Assembly (NCBI GenBank): GCA_951406725.2
Contig: OX597834.1
Coordinates: forward strand, 38,502,001 to 38,566,000
DNA: 64,000 nucleotides
From: Octopus vulgaris
Lineage: Eukaryota
Reading direction: 5' to 3'
A program made the position numbers and the translations under genes. Shown piece after piece: positions 27,476-42,390 of the stretch. Numbering within the stretch: position 1 is the first letter of the stretch; the number at the start of each line of letters is the position of its first letter. Below the pieces are notes generated by a model that did not search any database, had not been told where the DNA came from, and saw only the letters and a program-made list of their open reading frames with translations.

Positions 27476-27905
27476 CGGCGAGCTGACAGAAACGTTAGCA
27501 CGCAGGGCAAAATGCGTGGCCGTATTTCGTCTGCAGTTACGTTCTGAGTTCAAACTCCGCCGAGGTCGACTTGGCCTTTCATCCTTTCGGGGTCGATTAA
27601 ATAAGTACCAGTTACGCACTGGGGTCGATGCAATCGACTTAATCCGTTTGTCTGTCCTTGTTTGTCCTCTCTGTGTTTAGCCCCTTGTGGGTAGTAAAGA
27701 AATATAAATTTTCAAATAAAATAACTTTTAAATAGAAATTGCTGGATTGCGTTCTGGGTTCTGAGTTCAAATTCCGCCGTGGTCGACTTTGCCTCTCACC
27801 CTTTCGGGGTCGATAAATCAAGTACCTGTTGCGTACTGGGGTCGATCTAATCGACTGGCCCCCACTCCCCCAAAATTTCAGGCCTTGTGCCTAGAGTAGA
27901 AAAGA
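27476..27905 (+). mobile_element. Two SINE family B copies
   Basis: ggcgagctgacagaaacgttagc head; gcctttcatcctttcggggtcgattaaataagtaccag. A second headless unit starts at ~27750. Confidence 0.88.
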
Positions 27906-27907
27906 CT

Positions 27908-28134
27908 TCATAGACACGCACACTCTTAACGTAGTTCTCGGGGAGATTCAGCGTGACTCAATGTGACGATGTTGGCCCTTTGAACTATAGGAACAGCTCA
28001 TTTTTGCCAGTTGAGTGGACTGGAGCAACGTGAAGTAAAGAGTCTTGATGAAGGACACGATGCGCCACCAAGAATCGAACTCACGACTAAGGAACTTGAA
28101 CCGAATATCCTAAGCACTAAGCCACGCGCCTTCA
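27908..28134 (-). mobile_element. SINE family C
   Basis: gttctcgggagattcagcgtgac...gagtggactggagcaacgtgaa...aatcgaactcacgac...cactaagccacgcgcc. Confidence 0.85.
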
Positions 28135-28477
28135 CGATGTTGGACTTAACCTGTTGTCCATTGCAACACTGCCAAATAGCAACTCGGTCGTCTTTAGCGC
28201 AGTCTATTCTTCTGCAAGCATACTGGTCAGGTTATCGGTTTGAGGATGCATTTCACCTTCTCCCTCCCGCCAGTGTCGGAAACCTCATGACGGGTTGTGA
28301 GTATTGCTTTCCCTCTTAACTAAAAGCTAAAACTTCACATGGATAAAATGTTTATGAAATTAGCTAAGAAGAATGCGTGTCCGAATGCTAAGCATGCGTC
28401 TGATAATACTGGGATTGCACCTTTCAAGTATACAGAATGTCCCTTCTACACCTTTAGCAAATCCATGAAGAAAAACA

Positions 28478-29100
28478 GGCACAGGTGTGTCTATGTGGTA
28501 AGAAGCTTGCTTCCGAATCACATGGTTCCAGTTTCAGCCCCATTGCGTGGCGTCTTGGGTAAGCATCCTCTGCTATAGTTTCGGGTCGGTCAAAGCCTTG
28601 TCAGCAGATTTGACGGAAACTGAAAGCCAGTCGTATATATACATTCATACACACCCACACCCATCCACACACACGTGTATGTGTGCACATGCGTGCGTGT
28701 GTGTGTGTGTATAAGTAAAAATACAAAAAATAAGGATAACTTAGTAAAGGTTATTGGAAATTGGAAAACATATCGGTGCTATATATATATATATATATGT
28801 ATGTATTTATGTATGTGTGTATGTATATACATATGTATGCATGCTTGAGTGTGTGTGTATGTGTTTGTGTGTGCGCGTGCGTGCGTGTGTGTTTGTGTCT
28901 ATGTTTATCCCCACCATCGCTTCACAACCGCTGTTGGTGTGTTTACCTCCCTGTAACGTAACAGTTCGGCAAAAGAGATCGATGGAATAAGTACCAATCT
29001 TTAGAAAATACAAGCCCTGAGGTCGATTCATTCAACTAAAAGTTCTTCAAGATGATGCCACAGCATGGCCGCAGTCTAATGACTGAAACAAGTAAAAACA
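28478..29100 (+). mobile_element. SINE family A, diverged, with expanded internal microsatellite
   Basis: Head ggcacaggtgtgtctatgtggtaagaagcttgc; tail gcatggccgcagtctaatgactgaaacaagtaaaa. Confidence 0.8.
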
Positions 29101-30470
29101 AAAATGGATAGAGTCTAAGAAAAAGACGCTAATCCTTAGACTTCATTTGCCAGACATTCGTCATTATCATTTAATTACCTGTAGTATTTCATTAACTGGA
29201 TTAATTCATATTTAATACAACTATTATTTTAAGGGATGATCTTGTTTCATTGACAAATGATATTGTATGTATATATGCATGTATGTCTAATGTATGTATG
29301 TACGTATGTATGATACATGTATGCATGCATGTATGTATGTATATATGCATGTATGTATGTATAATGTATGTATGCATGCATGTATGTATGTATAATGTAT
29401 AATATATATATATATATGTATGTTTGCATGAGTGCATGCAAGTATTACGTATGTATGTATGCATGCAGGAATGTATGTGTGCAGGCATGTATGTATGTAT
29501 GTGTGTGTGTGTACGTTTGTATGTATGTATGTATGTATGAGTTTATATGTCAAAGTGTACCAACTTGCAAGGCGTTTCATCTCTGAAACAGCAAAGTCGC
29601 TTCTAGAATAAACAAGGTTTTGGACGTACCCAAGAGATGAGGTTGAAAGCCGTGTACCGGGGAGAGTACAAAACTGCAAGGTTGTACGCGTGCACTTCAA
29701 AGTAAGAACAGAAAAGGCTAGAATAAGATAACATGGAGAAAAGAATATTAAAAGTTACCATGCTTTCATAGACCCAAGGCTATGAAGAATTCGAAAAGAA
29801 AATCAGGTGAGAAAAATAAAGGAAGAAATAAATAAACTATTTATTAAGACAAAGGGTGACTTTAAAAAAACCTATTCATACCCCCATGTACATAGTCACG
29901 ACCGACCCAACGCTTGCATTCAGAGATATATAGAAAGCCAGAGTGCTTGAGAAACTCGTATATTTGTATGTAAAACAAGCACATCGACATCTCTCTCTCT
30001 ATCTTCGTCTTACTTTTTCTTCACATATAAGTAAATATAAACACAAACACACTCTCACGTATATATACAAAGACATAATGGTACAAACGTACGTACATAC
30101 TTATATACATACATACAGAAATACATACATACGTACATGCATGCATATATACATACATAAAATACATGCATGCATACCTACATATATACATACATATATG
30201 CATACATACATGCATATATGCATACATACATACATGCATGCATATATATATATATATATATATACATAACATGCATGCATGCATACATATATGCATACAT
30301 ACATTCACAGATGCATACATGCATGCATATATAGATAAATACATACACGCGTGTATACATGCATTGATAATACATGTGCATGCATACATACATACATACA
30401 TACAAACATACATGCAATTATATATACATAAATACATACATGCATGTATGTATGTATTCATAACGCACAT

Positions 30471-30518
<48 letters not shown>

Positions 30519-30560
30519 GTGCATGTATGCATGCATACACATATATATACATACAAACAT

Positions 30561-30835
30561 ACCTATAATAATTGGTGCACTTGGTTTTGTGAGGAAATGC
30601 CTGAGAGACAATCTGGAAAAGCTAGGTTTTTCCAGAAAAACAAAAAACAAAAAACAAAAAGAAAAGAACCAGATCAACCAGCTCTACACGCACGTTATAC
30701 AAATACAACCTGTAAGATGAAACAGTGAAAATATGCAAGTTCAAAATGGTGACTTTGTTTTTGTTATCCACATTCTAACGACAGAGTTTTGTATCAAGCA
30801 CCTTCCCTACAGGGAAACTTGGAATAATTAAAAAC
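30561..30835 (+). mobile_element. RLE-type (R4/Dong-like) non-LTR 3' fragment
   Basis: PIIIGALGFVRKCLRDNLEKLGFS matches PIIIEALGFVSKCLKKNLDKLGFS at ~10215; ends aataattaaaaa. Confidence 0.8.
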
Positions 30836-31304
30836 ACATATGTACACATATACAAGGAGAGGGAAAGAAAGAAAGAAAGAAAGAAATGAAAGAAAGAAAC
30901 AAACAAAGAAAAAAAATGAAAGAGAGAGAGATGCATGTGAGTTTTTAGAAGCATACATATACACGTACATTCGTAGATATGTATATGCACGTATATACAT
31001 ATACACCTGCATACAGAAATACATTTAAAACAATGGCACACATACAATTTCAAATTTATATCTCTACATTGACATCTGCATTTATATGTAGATGTCAATG
31101 TACACATTGACATGCGCACACAGCCAGAGGCACACGTACATTATATACATACATACATGCATACATACATACATACATACATACATACATACATACTTAC
31201 ATACATACATACATACATACATCATACATACATACAGACAGACAGACAGGCAGACAAGCAGACAGACAGAAAGCAGATAGATAGATAGATGCACACGCAC
31301 ACTC

Positions 31305-31339
<35 letters not shown>

Positions 31340-31749
31340 AACGCCTACAAATATGCATGTATACGTATGCACACATAGACACGCGCATATAATATATATA
31401 TATGCAAGAATCCACCGCGTTATGAGAGTAATGCGTTTCGACGGATTTTTTTCGGGGAAAAAAAACACACCTACACGACCATATTTATGCATGAAAATAA
31501 CCATTTCTAAACATACGTATTACAATATATAACCACTTGAGAAATACATTAGAAAAATAAATAAATAAGAATCGCAAGGTCGTAATAGGGTACGGCGTTA
31601 TCACAAAGGATGTTGATTCCTGTGTGAGGAGAGGAGGTGAAATGCGGGTTAACGGGAGGATGAGGACACTCCCTTTTGTCTTATATTTCATCATCAACAT
31701 CTACTTGAGGGGTAAAAATACTTTTCTGATGTTTATGGCGTATTAATTC

Positions 31750-33520
31750 TTTGTATAGTTCATTGTGAAAGCTGGGCTCGTTTTATAATTCCCCGTGTAA
31801 CTTTAATGTTACGTTTACGAATAGGATTGTTATCAGCAGAAACTGGCAAGCCTTCCTCTGAAACTGCCAACCCTTTAGCAATATTCTTGCATTGGTAGAA
31901 TTCCCGTATTCTCATCCTGTATTCTCAGTTTGGTCTTCTTTCAACAGCGTCAGCTATTCGTTAGATAAATTTAAAACCCTTTCATGGAACACTTGAAACT
32001 GAACCACATTCCTCTATGACTTCTTCAAATCCTACGTCCTTTACAAGTGTCACAATATCTTTCCGAATCTGATCTAGACTTGTTGCTCGTAGGAAGCTTG
32101 TAAAGTCTCGGGATACAGTCTGACCATCTTTTTTTTTCTCAACACCAGTCATAATTTAGAGTTTCACCCCATCTCGTGACCCTACTATGTTATCCACGGC
32201 ATCGATTATGCTGAAATTCTTTCAGTAGTCTCTAACTGTAGGCTTATCTTCCCAGTCAATTATTCTCATGAATTCTTTGAAAATTCTTCGGAGATAATTT
32301 GCCTTGAAGTTATCTATCACACCTTGATCCATTGACTTGAGGATATCTTCAGCTCTTACATTATCACAAAGTTCATTTCAGTTCACTGGGTGGTTCGTTA
32401 TATCGTCAGAAAGGTGCGATGCTTTGTTGGAAATATTATACCTGGCGGCGAGCTTGCAGAGTCGTTAGCGCGCCGAACAAAATGCTTATCGGTATTTCGT
32501 CTGTCTTTACGTTCTGAATTCAAATTCCGCCTTAGTCGACTTTGCCTTTCATCCTTTTGGAGTCGATGAAATAAGTACCAGTTAAGTTCTGGGGTTGATG
32601 TAACCGATTAGTCTCCTCCCCACAAATTTCAGGCTTTGGACATATAGCTGAAAAAGAGGGGGGAAAAAGAAAAAAACATTATGCCTGGCATTGTACTGTT
32701 CTACAATATGACAAAAAAAAAAAAAAAAAAAGAAAATGTAGATCACTCTTCGAAAACGGTCATTCATGCCTTCGTTATTGAACTCTAAATCAAAGGCAAC
32801 ATAAACTTTGCGTAACCCTTGAACACCATTACATAAATAGGATTTTTAGCTTTATATCAGCGGTGGCATTTCCACACAGAAGAAGCATCAGACCATTTTA
32901 GGAAGCTTTATATTATGGGGTTGAGTTTTCTTTTCGGCATATAAAAGTTCTAGCAAGTATGAACTTGTAGAAAAGTGCAGTTCCATCAACATTGTATACT
33001 TGCTCTGCTGTGTGACCTCTTTCAACCGACATTTTTTTTTCCAGCTGTTCAAGATAATTAATAGCAGACTTTGTGTCAGCGCTGACAGCCTCACCATTCA
33101 TTTTTATGTTGTGCAAACTCAGGCTCTTTTAAAACCTTTTAAAATAGTTTTTATTAGCCACTATAGGTTTTTCATTGTAAGTTACAGCTTACTTTTTCTG
33201 CCAGTTATCGCTCAAACTTTTGGCTGTTTCAAACTCGATTCGTACACCTAAGAACCGTCTAATTTTAAGCAACACATTACATTAGATCTCCGACAAAATA
33301 AGATTTGAGTCATAAACGGAGTAAATCTTTGAGCACTTCATTTAATTTTCTCTCTATTGTCATTTATTGTTCCCACTGCAGACGTTGCAAGCTTTAATGT
33401 TTTGGCAATGTGGTTGATAGTTTTCTCTTGCATGAAGCCTTTTTAAAACATAAAGTTTAATACCCAGCGTAATCCTTTTACGGTTCCTTTTCACACTACT
33501 ACCACTCGGTGCACTTGACG
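31750..33520 (-). mobile_element. Decayed near-full-length Tigger/pogo transposase, interrupted by a SINE
   Basis: In order on minus: KRNRKRITLGIK (N-terminal HTH), GEAVSAD...EQVYNVDGTALFYK, MDQGVIDNFKANYLRR. Confidence 0.85.
32444..32660 (+). mobile_element. SINE family B inserted in the Tigger remnant
   Basis: ggcggcgagcttgcagagtcgttagc...gttctgaattcaaattccgcc...gcctttcatcc. Confidence 0.88.
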
Positions 33521-34019
33521 GTTTCTTTCAAAGTATCTTGAATTTTTGGTAAACTGACTGCGGCGACGATCAACAATTATGCACAAAAAATATGGAGCAA
33601 AATGAACTGTTTTGTGAGACTAAAAAACATATGATGCCTTATTCTTATAAATTTTAAAATGGAAATGAGATGAAAGATGAAAAGGTGAAGGTATAATGTG
33701 GAGAAAGTACTAAATGATTACAGTTAGTTGCAAGGCTTATCAGTTCTATGGGGGCACTTCACCTTTGCAGTTCTGACAAGAGTTATAGACATCCCATATT
33801 TCCTCACATACAAACACGCTCACACATATGCAGATGCAAACATATACATAAACATCACATACATCTTCTTCGTAACTCATCTCGCCCCATATGTGTGTGT
33901 GGGGGGAGGGGTTGTATGTGTGGGGTGTTGTGTGTGTGTGAGCATGTGTATTTCATCATGTGTATCTGAGGGTGGTGATGGAGACGAATAACGGTCGGAG
34001 CAGAATGTTTAGCACTAAC

Positions 34020-35950
34020 AACCGCGGTGGGAACCAGAATTTCAACTGTGGAAGTATCGATAGGCGTCGAAGTTCTTGTGTGAGCAAAAACTGACTCTTA
34101 GAAAAGAGCATTAGGTGAGCCTGGATGATGCATAAATTACAGGATTGGTGCTTAGGCTAAGTTATTGTTTTCGAATTTAATTTATAGAAATATTTCGCCT
34201 TCTTAAGCTTCTGGCTTATTTCGTCATTGAAGTAGCGTTACGTCTTGCAGTTACGGAAAGTGTGGTTATGTTGTTAGGGACGTCACTTAAGCAGATTCTC
34301 AGTAAACCATATTTAATATTTGGAGTGTAATTTGCGATTACATTTTATTGGTACACGGTATTTATATAAGCATTTATAATTCAGAGAGCAGCGTATCGGA
34401 TAAGTGCAATTAAGGTTGGGGTTATTAAGGTTGGTATTATTTAGGTGAACCTAGATATCTCTAAGATTATAAGCTGCAATTGCCTAGGTGATGTTAGTTG
34501 TAATGGGATACAAGAGCTTGACTGCTTTTGTTGAAAATTTTATAGCTTCTATGTCAAATATAATGTGTCTTTTAATAATCTAAAGAATATTCTGGTTATG
34601 AGTCTTGCCACAGCAAGAGTGAAGTAGGGTTGAACAATGAAATGCTACGCCCGCGTTTACATACAATTGTTATTGGTTCTAATAGAGATTACTGAGTATT
34701 GAAACTAGTTTACCTTTTAAACATGTCTTCGGTAATTGATAGCTTAGAAAATTCAAAGCAAATGTTCCTAACCACATTATTAGTTATAATCCTAGAAGAA
34801 AAAAAAATGAGAGGAGGAGTCTCCTGATAAACCACTCCTCAAAGAAGTCTTATTCGAGATCGTTCCCCAATCAGCAGCCCAGGGTATTTATCTTCTATGT
34901 AAGCGCAGTCATAAATTAGACAACCGTCTTTGTGATTAGTCTAATGTGCTTTGACGCCTCGTTAATTATTTAATAGTTTCTATTTCATGCATTACACAGC
35001 ATACATGAGAAGGAAAATAAATTTCAATATTACAAAACCTCTTTATGGGAGAATTAAGTACGTGGGTGTACTGAAGGGATTCGCTGAATTTGCGGTAGGG
35101 TTTATATTTAAGGGTAGAAAATTGAAAGTCATGTCAAAAATGTTAGTCACTGTTAATTTCATTTCTGTAGTTACTGCTAATCTGATGTCCTTCAAGGAAG
35201 TGGATAGATCTTTCGTTATTCGGTCTGTGGATTGAGATTCGTAAATGATAGTACTGATGTAGCTGTAAAGTCCTCCGTTGATGTACAGATATCTAGTTTT
35301 TAGTTGGTAGCTCAGAAAATAATTCAATGAGGTGTGGCAGAGTTTGGAGCTCTCGTGCTAACGTCGAAGAAAGTTGAAGGAGACTTTCACTCATATGGAA
35401 TCATCGCAGGCTGGCGTAGTTGTTCGTGTCTGGAGAATTATATCGGCCAACGTCGGTGATGATGGTTGGAAGTCTATTGTAGTTAATGACCATTTATAGC
35501 AAAAATTGGAGCATAGTCCCGAATGTCGAATTGAAAATATCTGAGATTTTGTTCACCTCAGTGGGTATTAAACTAGGTTATAAAATCTTATGAATCGGTC
35601 CACAGTGGTAATGGGTAAGGGCCTTAATATGTGGGATAATGCATGATAGAGCTTCTTTGCTAATACGACCGAAATCCGTTTATTAAGGTTGATATCAGAG
35701 TTGCTATGGGGGATTGTTATTATGGTTCTTTATAGTGAAGTTGGGTTGTTTGGGCTGTAGAAGTTCTGTCCTTGTATCAAGTGACATTCAGGTATCTCTT
35801 CCCAGGGAAATGACCCATAAACCATGAAACGGTCTGTCGGGCGCTGCCTTTCTTTTTGCTTCACAACAATATCATTTTTATTTTTACTCAGTGAGGCTTT
35901 GTAACATACAATATTTTTTTCCAGTTCTTCTCATACTCTCTGTGTTATGC
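34020..35950 (-). mobile_element. Decayed Penelope-like element (RT, Cys-rich linker, GIY-YIG)
   Basis: Minus-strand pieces in PLE order: FQFDIRDY, FFDVS, NGGLY, VTNIFDMTFN, SLFNP, RIFFRLL, YKIFNK, C....CSLNYKCL, NATSM, CNLC; many stops and frameshifts. Confidence 0.7.
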
Positions 35951-36545
35951 CTGAAATAGAAATTATTGAATTAATGACACGAGGCACCAAAGCCTTAAAA
36001 TGCAAATTAGACTAACCGTGAGGGCGCTAGTCTAATTTATGACTGCTTTTATATAGAAAATAAATACTCTGGGCTGCTGATTGGGGAAGGATGTCGAGTA
36101 AATCTTCTGTGGAGCGGTTTATCAGGAGACTTTTTTCCTCTTTTCTTTACCCATCAATAGCATAGAAAAGAAAATGTACTTAGATCTCATTACACCCATA
36201 GCGATGCTTTGTAACACACGCACACAGATACACATACATATACACATACATATACACATACATATACATACACACACACGCACACACACACACACACACA
36301 AACAGATACACATACATATACATACACACACGCGCGCGCACGCACACATTTATAAGAAAAAGAAAATTCAATGCATTTATATAGTAACAATTATATTCTG
36401 GGTATTGGAAGATTCAATACCCACAATAAAATGTTTACGATGTAAATGTATAAAATTCTATCTCACTGCAAGGTAGTTGTACCTTGTAGACTATACGCAC
36501 ACTGATATGTACGTGTGTATGTGTCTACGTAAGAGAGAGAGAAAA

Positions 36546-36591
<46 letters not shown>

Positions 36592-37385
36592 GTATGTATA
36601 TGTAATTATATAGATAGAAAGATATAGTAATTGGCTGCACATAGTGCACCTAAATACATGCATTGTAGATTGTATCGATCTGACCTGACTGTAGTGCAGT
36701 ATCTGCAGTATCTGAGTGCACATTTAATGTCTATCTCTGTCCAATATTGTTGTCTGCTGCATAAAATGTTTTTATTGACAACCGAATATATACACACACA
36801 TATAATGAGAATCACACACACACACATATACATACGCACGAGTGTACACGCACGGGCACGCGCACACATAGTCTTACTAACATATATAACGCAATATGCA
36901 AATAAAAACTTTCATCTGCACACATACATGCATCTAAATATGTCATTGCTCTAGCGGACAGAAGCGCACACGGCAGATGCACTCACGTATATGGAAGCAT
37001 ACACTTAAAAAGACGAAGCTACTGCACGCGTGCGCTCATAATTATAAACTCATTGACTAATATCATACTCCAGGCGTAGTACGCACCTATAATGCATACA
37101 CACGCGCAGCAGATATCTACAGATAGGCGCATACGCGCGTACACTGACACTTTCGCGCGCACGCGTGTTACACTACAAGCCTATACATATACGCACACAT
37201 ACACACACACACAGAGGCGCGCGTAAAGACTCCCCCCCCCCACACACACACACGTACAAGAAGAGATGGAGAGACAGAGAAGGAATGAGACGGAAAGGGA
37301 GTGAGAGACAATCAGAGAGAAACGGAGACAGATAGGGGTGAAAGAGTGTCTTCTGGTGCTATGATATATATATGTATATATATAT

Positions 37386-37596
<211 letters not shown>

Positions 37597-37763
37597 TAGA
37601 TATACATATAGATAAAGATATAGATATATACATACATACATACATGCATACATGATATATATATTTAAATTATATTTACATAAGTAAATACGTACACACA
37701 CACACACACGTATGTGTGTGTAAGTTAATGAGTGTGTGGGTTGTGGTTTATCTCTGAGGCGTA

Positions 37764-37795
<32 letters not shown>

Positions 37796-37967
37796 CGTGC
37801 GTGTACTAAGGAGTGCATTCGGGTGCAAGGGTAATGCATATATTAGTTATCTATAATGCGCAGTGTATTGATAGCTTTTGTTGAATCTCTTTTGTATCTT
37901 TCCACCCGTGTGCAGTAAAGTGTGGGTGGATGTGCATTTGCAGATTTGTACGCGCGAGTACCTCCGT

Positions 37968-38016
<49 letters not shown>

Positions 38017-38221
38017 AAACACAAACACACATATATACATTTAAAGATATGTACATTTTCGTATCTATGTACGTTATGCACTGTGTGTGTGTATATATAT
38101 ATGTTGGTATGCATAAGTGCATATCTTACTGCACCTAAATGCACTTGAGTGCATATGTGTGTGTGTATGTGTTCATGGTTGTGTATGGGTATGTGTACGT
38201 ATATATATATATATGTATATG

Positions 38222-38255
<34 letters not shown>

Positions 38256-38346
38256 TATATGTATGTATGTATGTATGTGTATGTATGTATATATGTATGT
38301 ATGTATGTATGTATGTAATATATGTATGTATGTATGTATGTATGTA

Positions 38347-38379
<33 letters not shown>

Positions 38380-39018
38380 TGTATGTATGTATATGTCTGT
38401 GTGTAGCTGTGTGCTTTTACATTAATCTTCCAAAATCTATGGAGGCGGATAGAAGAGAAAGAAAGAGGAGAAAGATAGAAAGAAGAGTATATAGAGAGAG
38501 GAGAAAGAGAGAGAGAGAGGGGAGAAGAAAGAGAGAGAGCGAAATGCAATGCAAGTAACTAGGTGCAATACAGAGACGGCGTGCACAAGTGCATGATGCA
38601 CGTGAATGCATTGTGTAATATCCGTAGTGCATTTTATACAAAGATTAGAGAAAAATCCGGTCTGTTTGCTGCCAACCTGATACCTGCTCATACACCTACT
38701 TGCAGATGCACACACACACATACACGCACGCGTACGTGTACGTGTACACAAACACATACACAAATACATATACGCACTTACACACACAAATACGCACTTA
38801 TAAGCACATACAGATTTACGAACGCACGTATACACATACACATACACACACATATACGTATACACACATATACATATACACACACAGTTGATTAACGATG
38901 ACTATATGAATATCTAACTACTACTACTACTACAACTGCTACTACTACTAATACTAATACTACGTTGGTCAGTGTGTGTATGGATATATACGTATATATA
39001 TTTGTATATATATCTATA

Positions 39019-39060
<42 letters not shown>

Positions 39061-39287
39061 CATACATACATACATACATACATACACAAATACATATATA
39101 TTATATATATATAAAGAAAAAAAAATATAATTATATTTTTATTTATTTGTATATGTATGTACATATACATATATAGACACATATATACATACAAATTATA
39201 TATATGTATGACTGAAAGAAGCAAAAGATATATATATATATATGTGTGTGTGTGTATGTGTGCACAGATACATTGATATATATATGC

Positions 39288-39332
<45 letters not shown>

Positions 39333-39687
39333 GAGAGAAACAGATTCCCTTGCACCGAGTGAAACTGTAAGGTGGTGGTGGCTGTGGTTAATGTTTAGTA
39401 CTCAGAGAGGTCAGCGAGGGCCTGACACGTGGCGGTGTATTTGTGTGGTTTTTCAATGCTCAGACAGATCACTGAGTACCCAACACGCTTTTACTGCGTT
39501 GTGGGGGGAGGTGGTGGTGGTGGTGGTGGTGGCGGCGGCGGCGGCGGTGGTGGTGGTTGTGGTGGTAGTGGAGGTGGTGGCGGTTTTCGAAGGTTAATGA
39601 GTGCCTAACAGGTGGTGAAACTTTTCAAAAGACATTACTTGAATAATATAGAATTTACACTGAATAGGCCTTCTCTCTCTCTCGCTC

Positions 39688-39906
39688 TCTTCTTCTTCTT
39701 CTTCTTCTTCTTCTTCTTCTTCTTCTTCTTCTTCTTCTTCTTCTTCTTCTTCTTCTTCTTCTTCTTCTTCTTCTTCTTCTTCTTCTTCTTCTTCTTCTTC
39801 TTCTTCTTCTTCTTCTTCTTCTTCTTCTTCTTCTTCTTCTTCTTCTTCTTCTTCTTCTTCTTCTTCTTCTTCTTCTTCTTCTTCTTCTTCTTCTTCTTCT
39901 TCTTCC
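39688..39906. repeat. Pure (TTC)n, about 70 units (copy at ~48880-49096)
   Basis: Directly visible. Confidence 0.97.
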
Positions 39907-39988
39907 TCCTTCCCCCTCTCACCATATCTGTTCCATTCTTTCTTTTGCTCCCCATCTCTTTCTTTGTTACTTTCTTTTATATCAGCTA

Positions 39989-40027
<39 letters not shown>

Positions 40028-40619
40028 CACATGTACACGCATCACACGCTAACATATTTACACATACACACGCATTATCACACTTTAACTTTCAAACCCT
40101 ACTCACACACGCATATACACCTATGCACACTCGTACATAATGTCTTAAACTTCGCGCGCGTGCACACAGACACATGCACACCCACACATACACACAGACA
40201 CATACAGACACACAATAACATACAAACATAAACACACACACACACACACACACTCGTAGTTCCGTTTCTTCTAAATTCTTTCTTTAAAACATCACTATTC
40301 CTCTTTATTCTCTGTGTGCTTGTGTGAGTATGTGTGTGCATGTGCGATTGTTTGTATGTGTATATGTTTATATGCATTTGTTTATATGTATATGTTAGTA
40401 TATGAAGGTGTGAATACTTGTATATATGCATGTGTAGGTGTATGTGTGTGTGTGTGAGTGAGTATGTGTCTGTTGTTTGCTGTTGTGTATCTTCATGATA
40501 CACACATGTTGTGTATCTTCAAGCAGTCTTATGGTAGACTTTATAGCCCCGGGCCAGCCCTGACAATCCAGTAGCAGAGAGATGGTTGAACGACAGGGAT
40601 CCGACCAAAAGATCATTGC

Positions 40620-41410
40620 CACTTGTACCGTATCTCTCTCAACTGCAAATTATACTTCACGATCCGACATCTTAACTATTGTCCAGTTTAGATCTCACGT
40701 TCTCTCCAATCGCTTGTTTGTATCTTACGATCTCTCCAAGGTCCGCTTTAATATATGTTACACTCTCTTCAATACTCAATATGTGTCACACACTCTCCTT
40801 TGTCTAGTCCGGACATGTCACACTTTTTCCAATGTCCATTCTATATTTGTACGCCTGTCATTGTTATTCTTAGGAGGCAACGAGTGCGTTTCTAGAGATA
40901 GTCACTATATCTTCTTGAAGTCACAGCTCAGTTTTGTTTGAAAACAGTTGGACTCATTGACTAATGTATTCCTGGATACACTGCTCGTAGCTTTTCGTGA
41001 GCCGTAGACCGTTCCCAATTTTTGTAGTGCGGGGTAAACACATCACGCCACTCTGGTTAACACTTCCTACCAGTCCGGTGGACTTTGCTTTGTTGCAAGC
41101 ATTTAGGCCAGGCTTCAAATAGGGAACTAGAGTGACCTTATTATGTACAAAACTCTCTATACTTCCTTAGATACCCGAAACTAAATTCACTGGTCAATTC
41201 TCCCTCTTTTTTTTTTTTTTTAATAATCATGGCCATTCATGTAACCTAAACAACATGCATCACTCTACGAACCACAAATACCATTCGTCTCTAAGCCTCA
41301 AAATTCACAACTTATAGTCCATTTTTTCTGTCCAGCTGCAGTCTTTACTCAAATTTCAGTTCGAAATATATTGGTGCATCCGTAGATTTCACTCTTCTCG
41401 CCATAGACCT
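40620..41410 (-). mobile_element. Possible highly decayed L1/Tx1-like LINE C-terminal region
   Basis: Weak RNAL and TCPD*TKESV*H (CP.C...E...H-like) remnants only. Confidence 0.3.
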
Positions 41411-41419
41411 TTCTCATTT

Positions 41420-41860
41420 GAATATTGGTTCTAAATCTTGGCACAAGGCCAGTAATTTCGGCGGTGTGTGTGTGGGGGAGATAAGTTGATTACTTATTTT
41501 ATCGACCCCAAAAGATGAAAGGCAAAGTCAATCACTGCGGAATTTGAATTCAGGACGCAAAGACGGATGAAATGTCGCCCAAGTATTTTGCCCGGTGTGC
41601 TAACGATTCTGCCAGCTCGCCACCCTTTTCTCATTTGAATATTGGTTTCAAATTTTAGCACAAGACCAAAAATTTCGGGTTAGAGGTTAAGTTGATTACG
41701 TCGAACCCCAGTGCTCAACTGGTACTTATTTTATCGACTTAGAAAGGATAAAAGGCAAAGTCGACCTCAGCGGAATTTGAACTCGGAACGAAAAGACAGA
41801 TGAAACACCGCTAAGCATTTTTCCCGGCACGTCAACGATTCTGCCAGTTGGCTGCCTTTT
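41420..41860 (-). mobile_element. Two tandem SINE family B copies (duplicate at ~50265-50710)
   Basis: aacgattctgccagctcgcc heads and gaatttgaactc B-box complements. Confidence 0.85.
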
Positions 41861-42390
41861 TCTCACTTGAATATTAGCAACAACTTCCAGTTGCACGACT
41901 CGATCTCTCATTTTATTCCTTCAAATACATTCACTACTTCAACCATTTTACGAACTCCAGCCTCCAGTAACTGTTCAACCGTATCTTTTCTCTGAACTAA
42001 GGACTCCTACCTCACTTCATACCCCTCCAGAGCTATTGTCCTCAATCTTTTTAATGCTCACGAGTACCCTTGTTCTTTACACTCATATTGTGCTGCTGCT
42101 GCCGGCGCAGAAACTGGATCTTTTACCAAACAATGCCGAACCGTAAAGTAACGAGCCTGTAAACAAACCAGTACCGGCTGTCAGGCGGCGGTAGATGCCA
42201 AACACACACACACACACACACACTCATACTTGAAATCCAGATATTCTCCGTATAGAATACACTTAGTTATGCTCAAGGGATTTAAACTTGAGCGGGAATA
42301 GAAGTAAATGTATGGATAAGCAAATTATTAAGTTATATTAAACGCATGAAATACAAAAAAAAATGTATATGCACATACATATAAAAGGGT

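Noticed and set aside
29550-29960. Coding-like unique segment
   Set aside because: Stops interrupt the frames examined and I recognise no motif.
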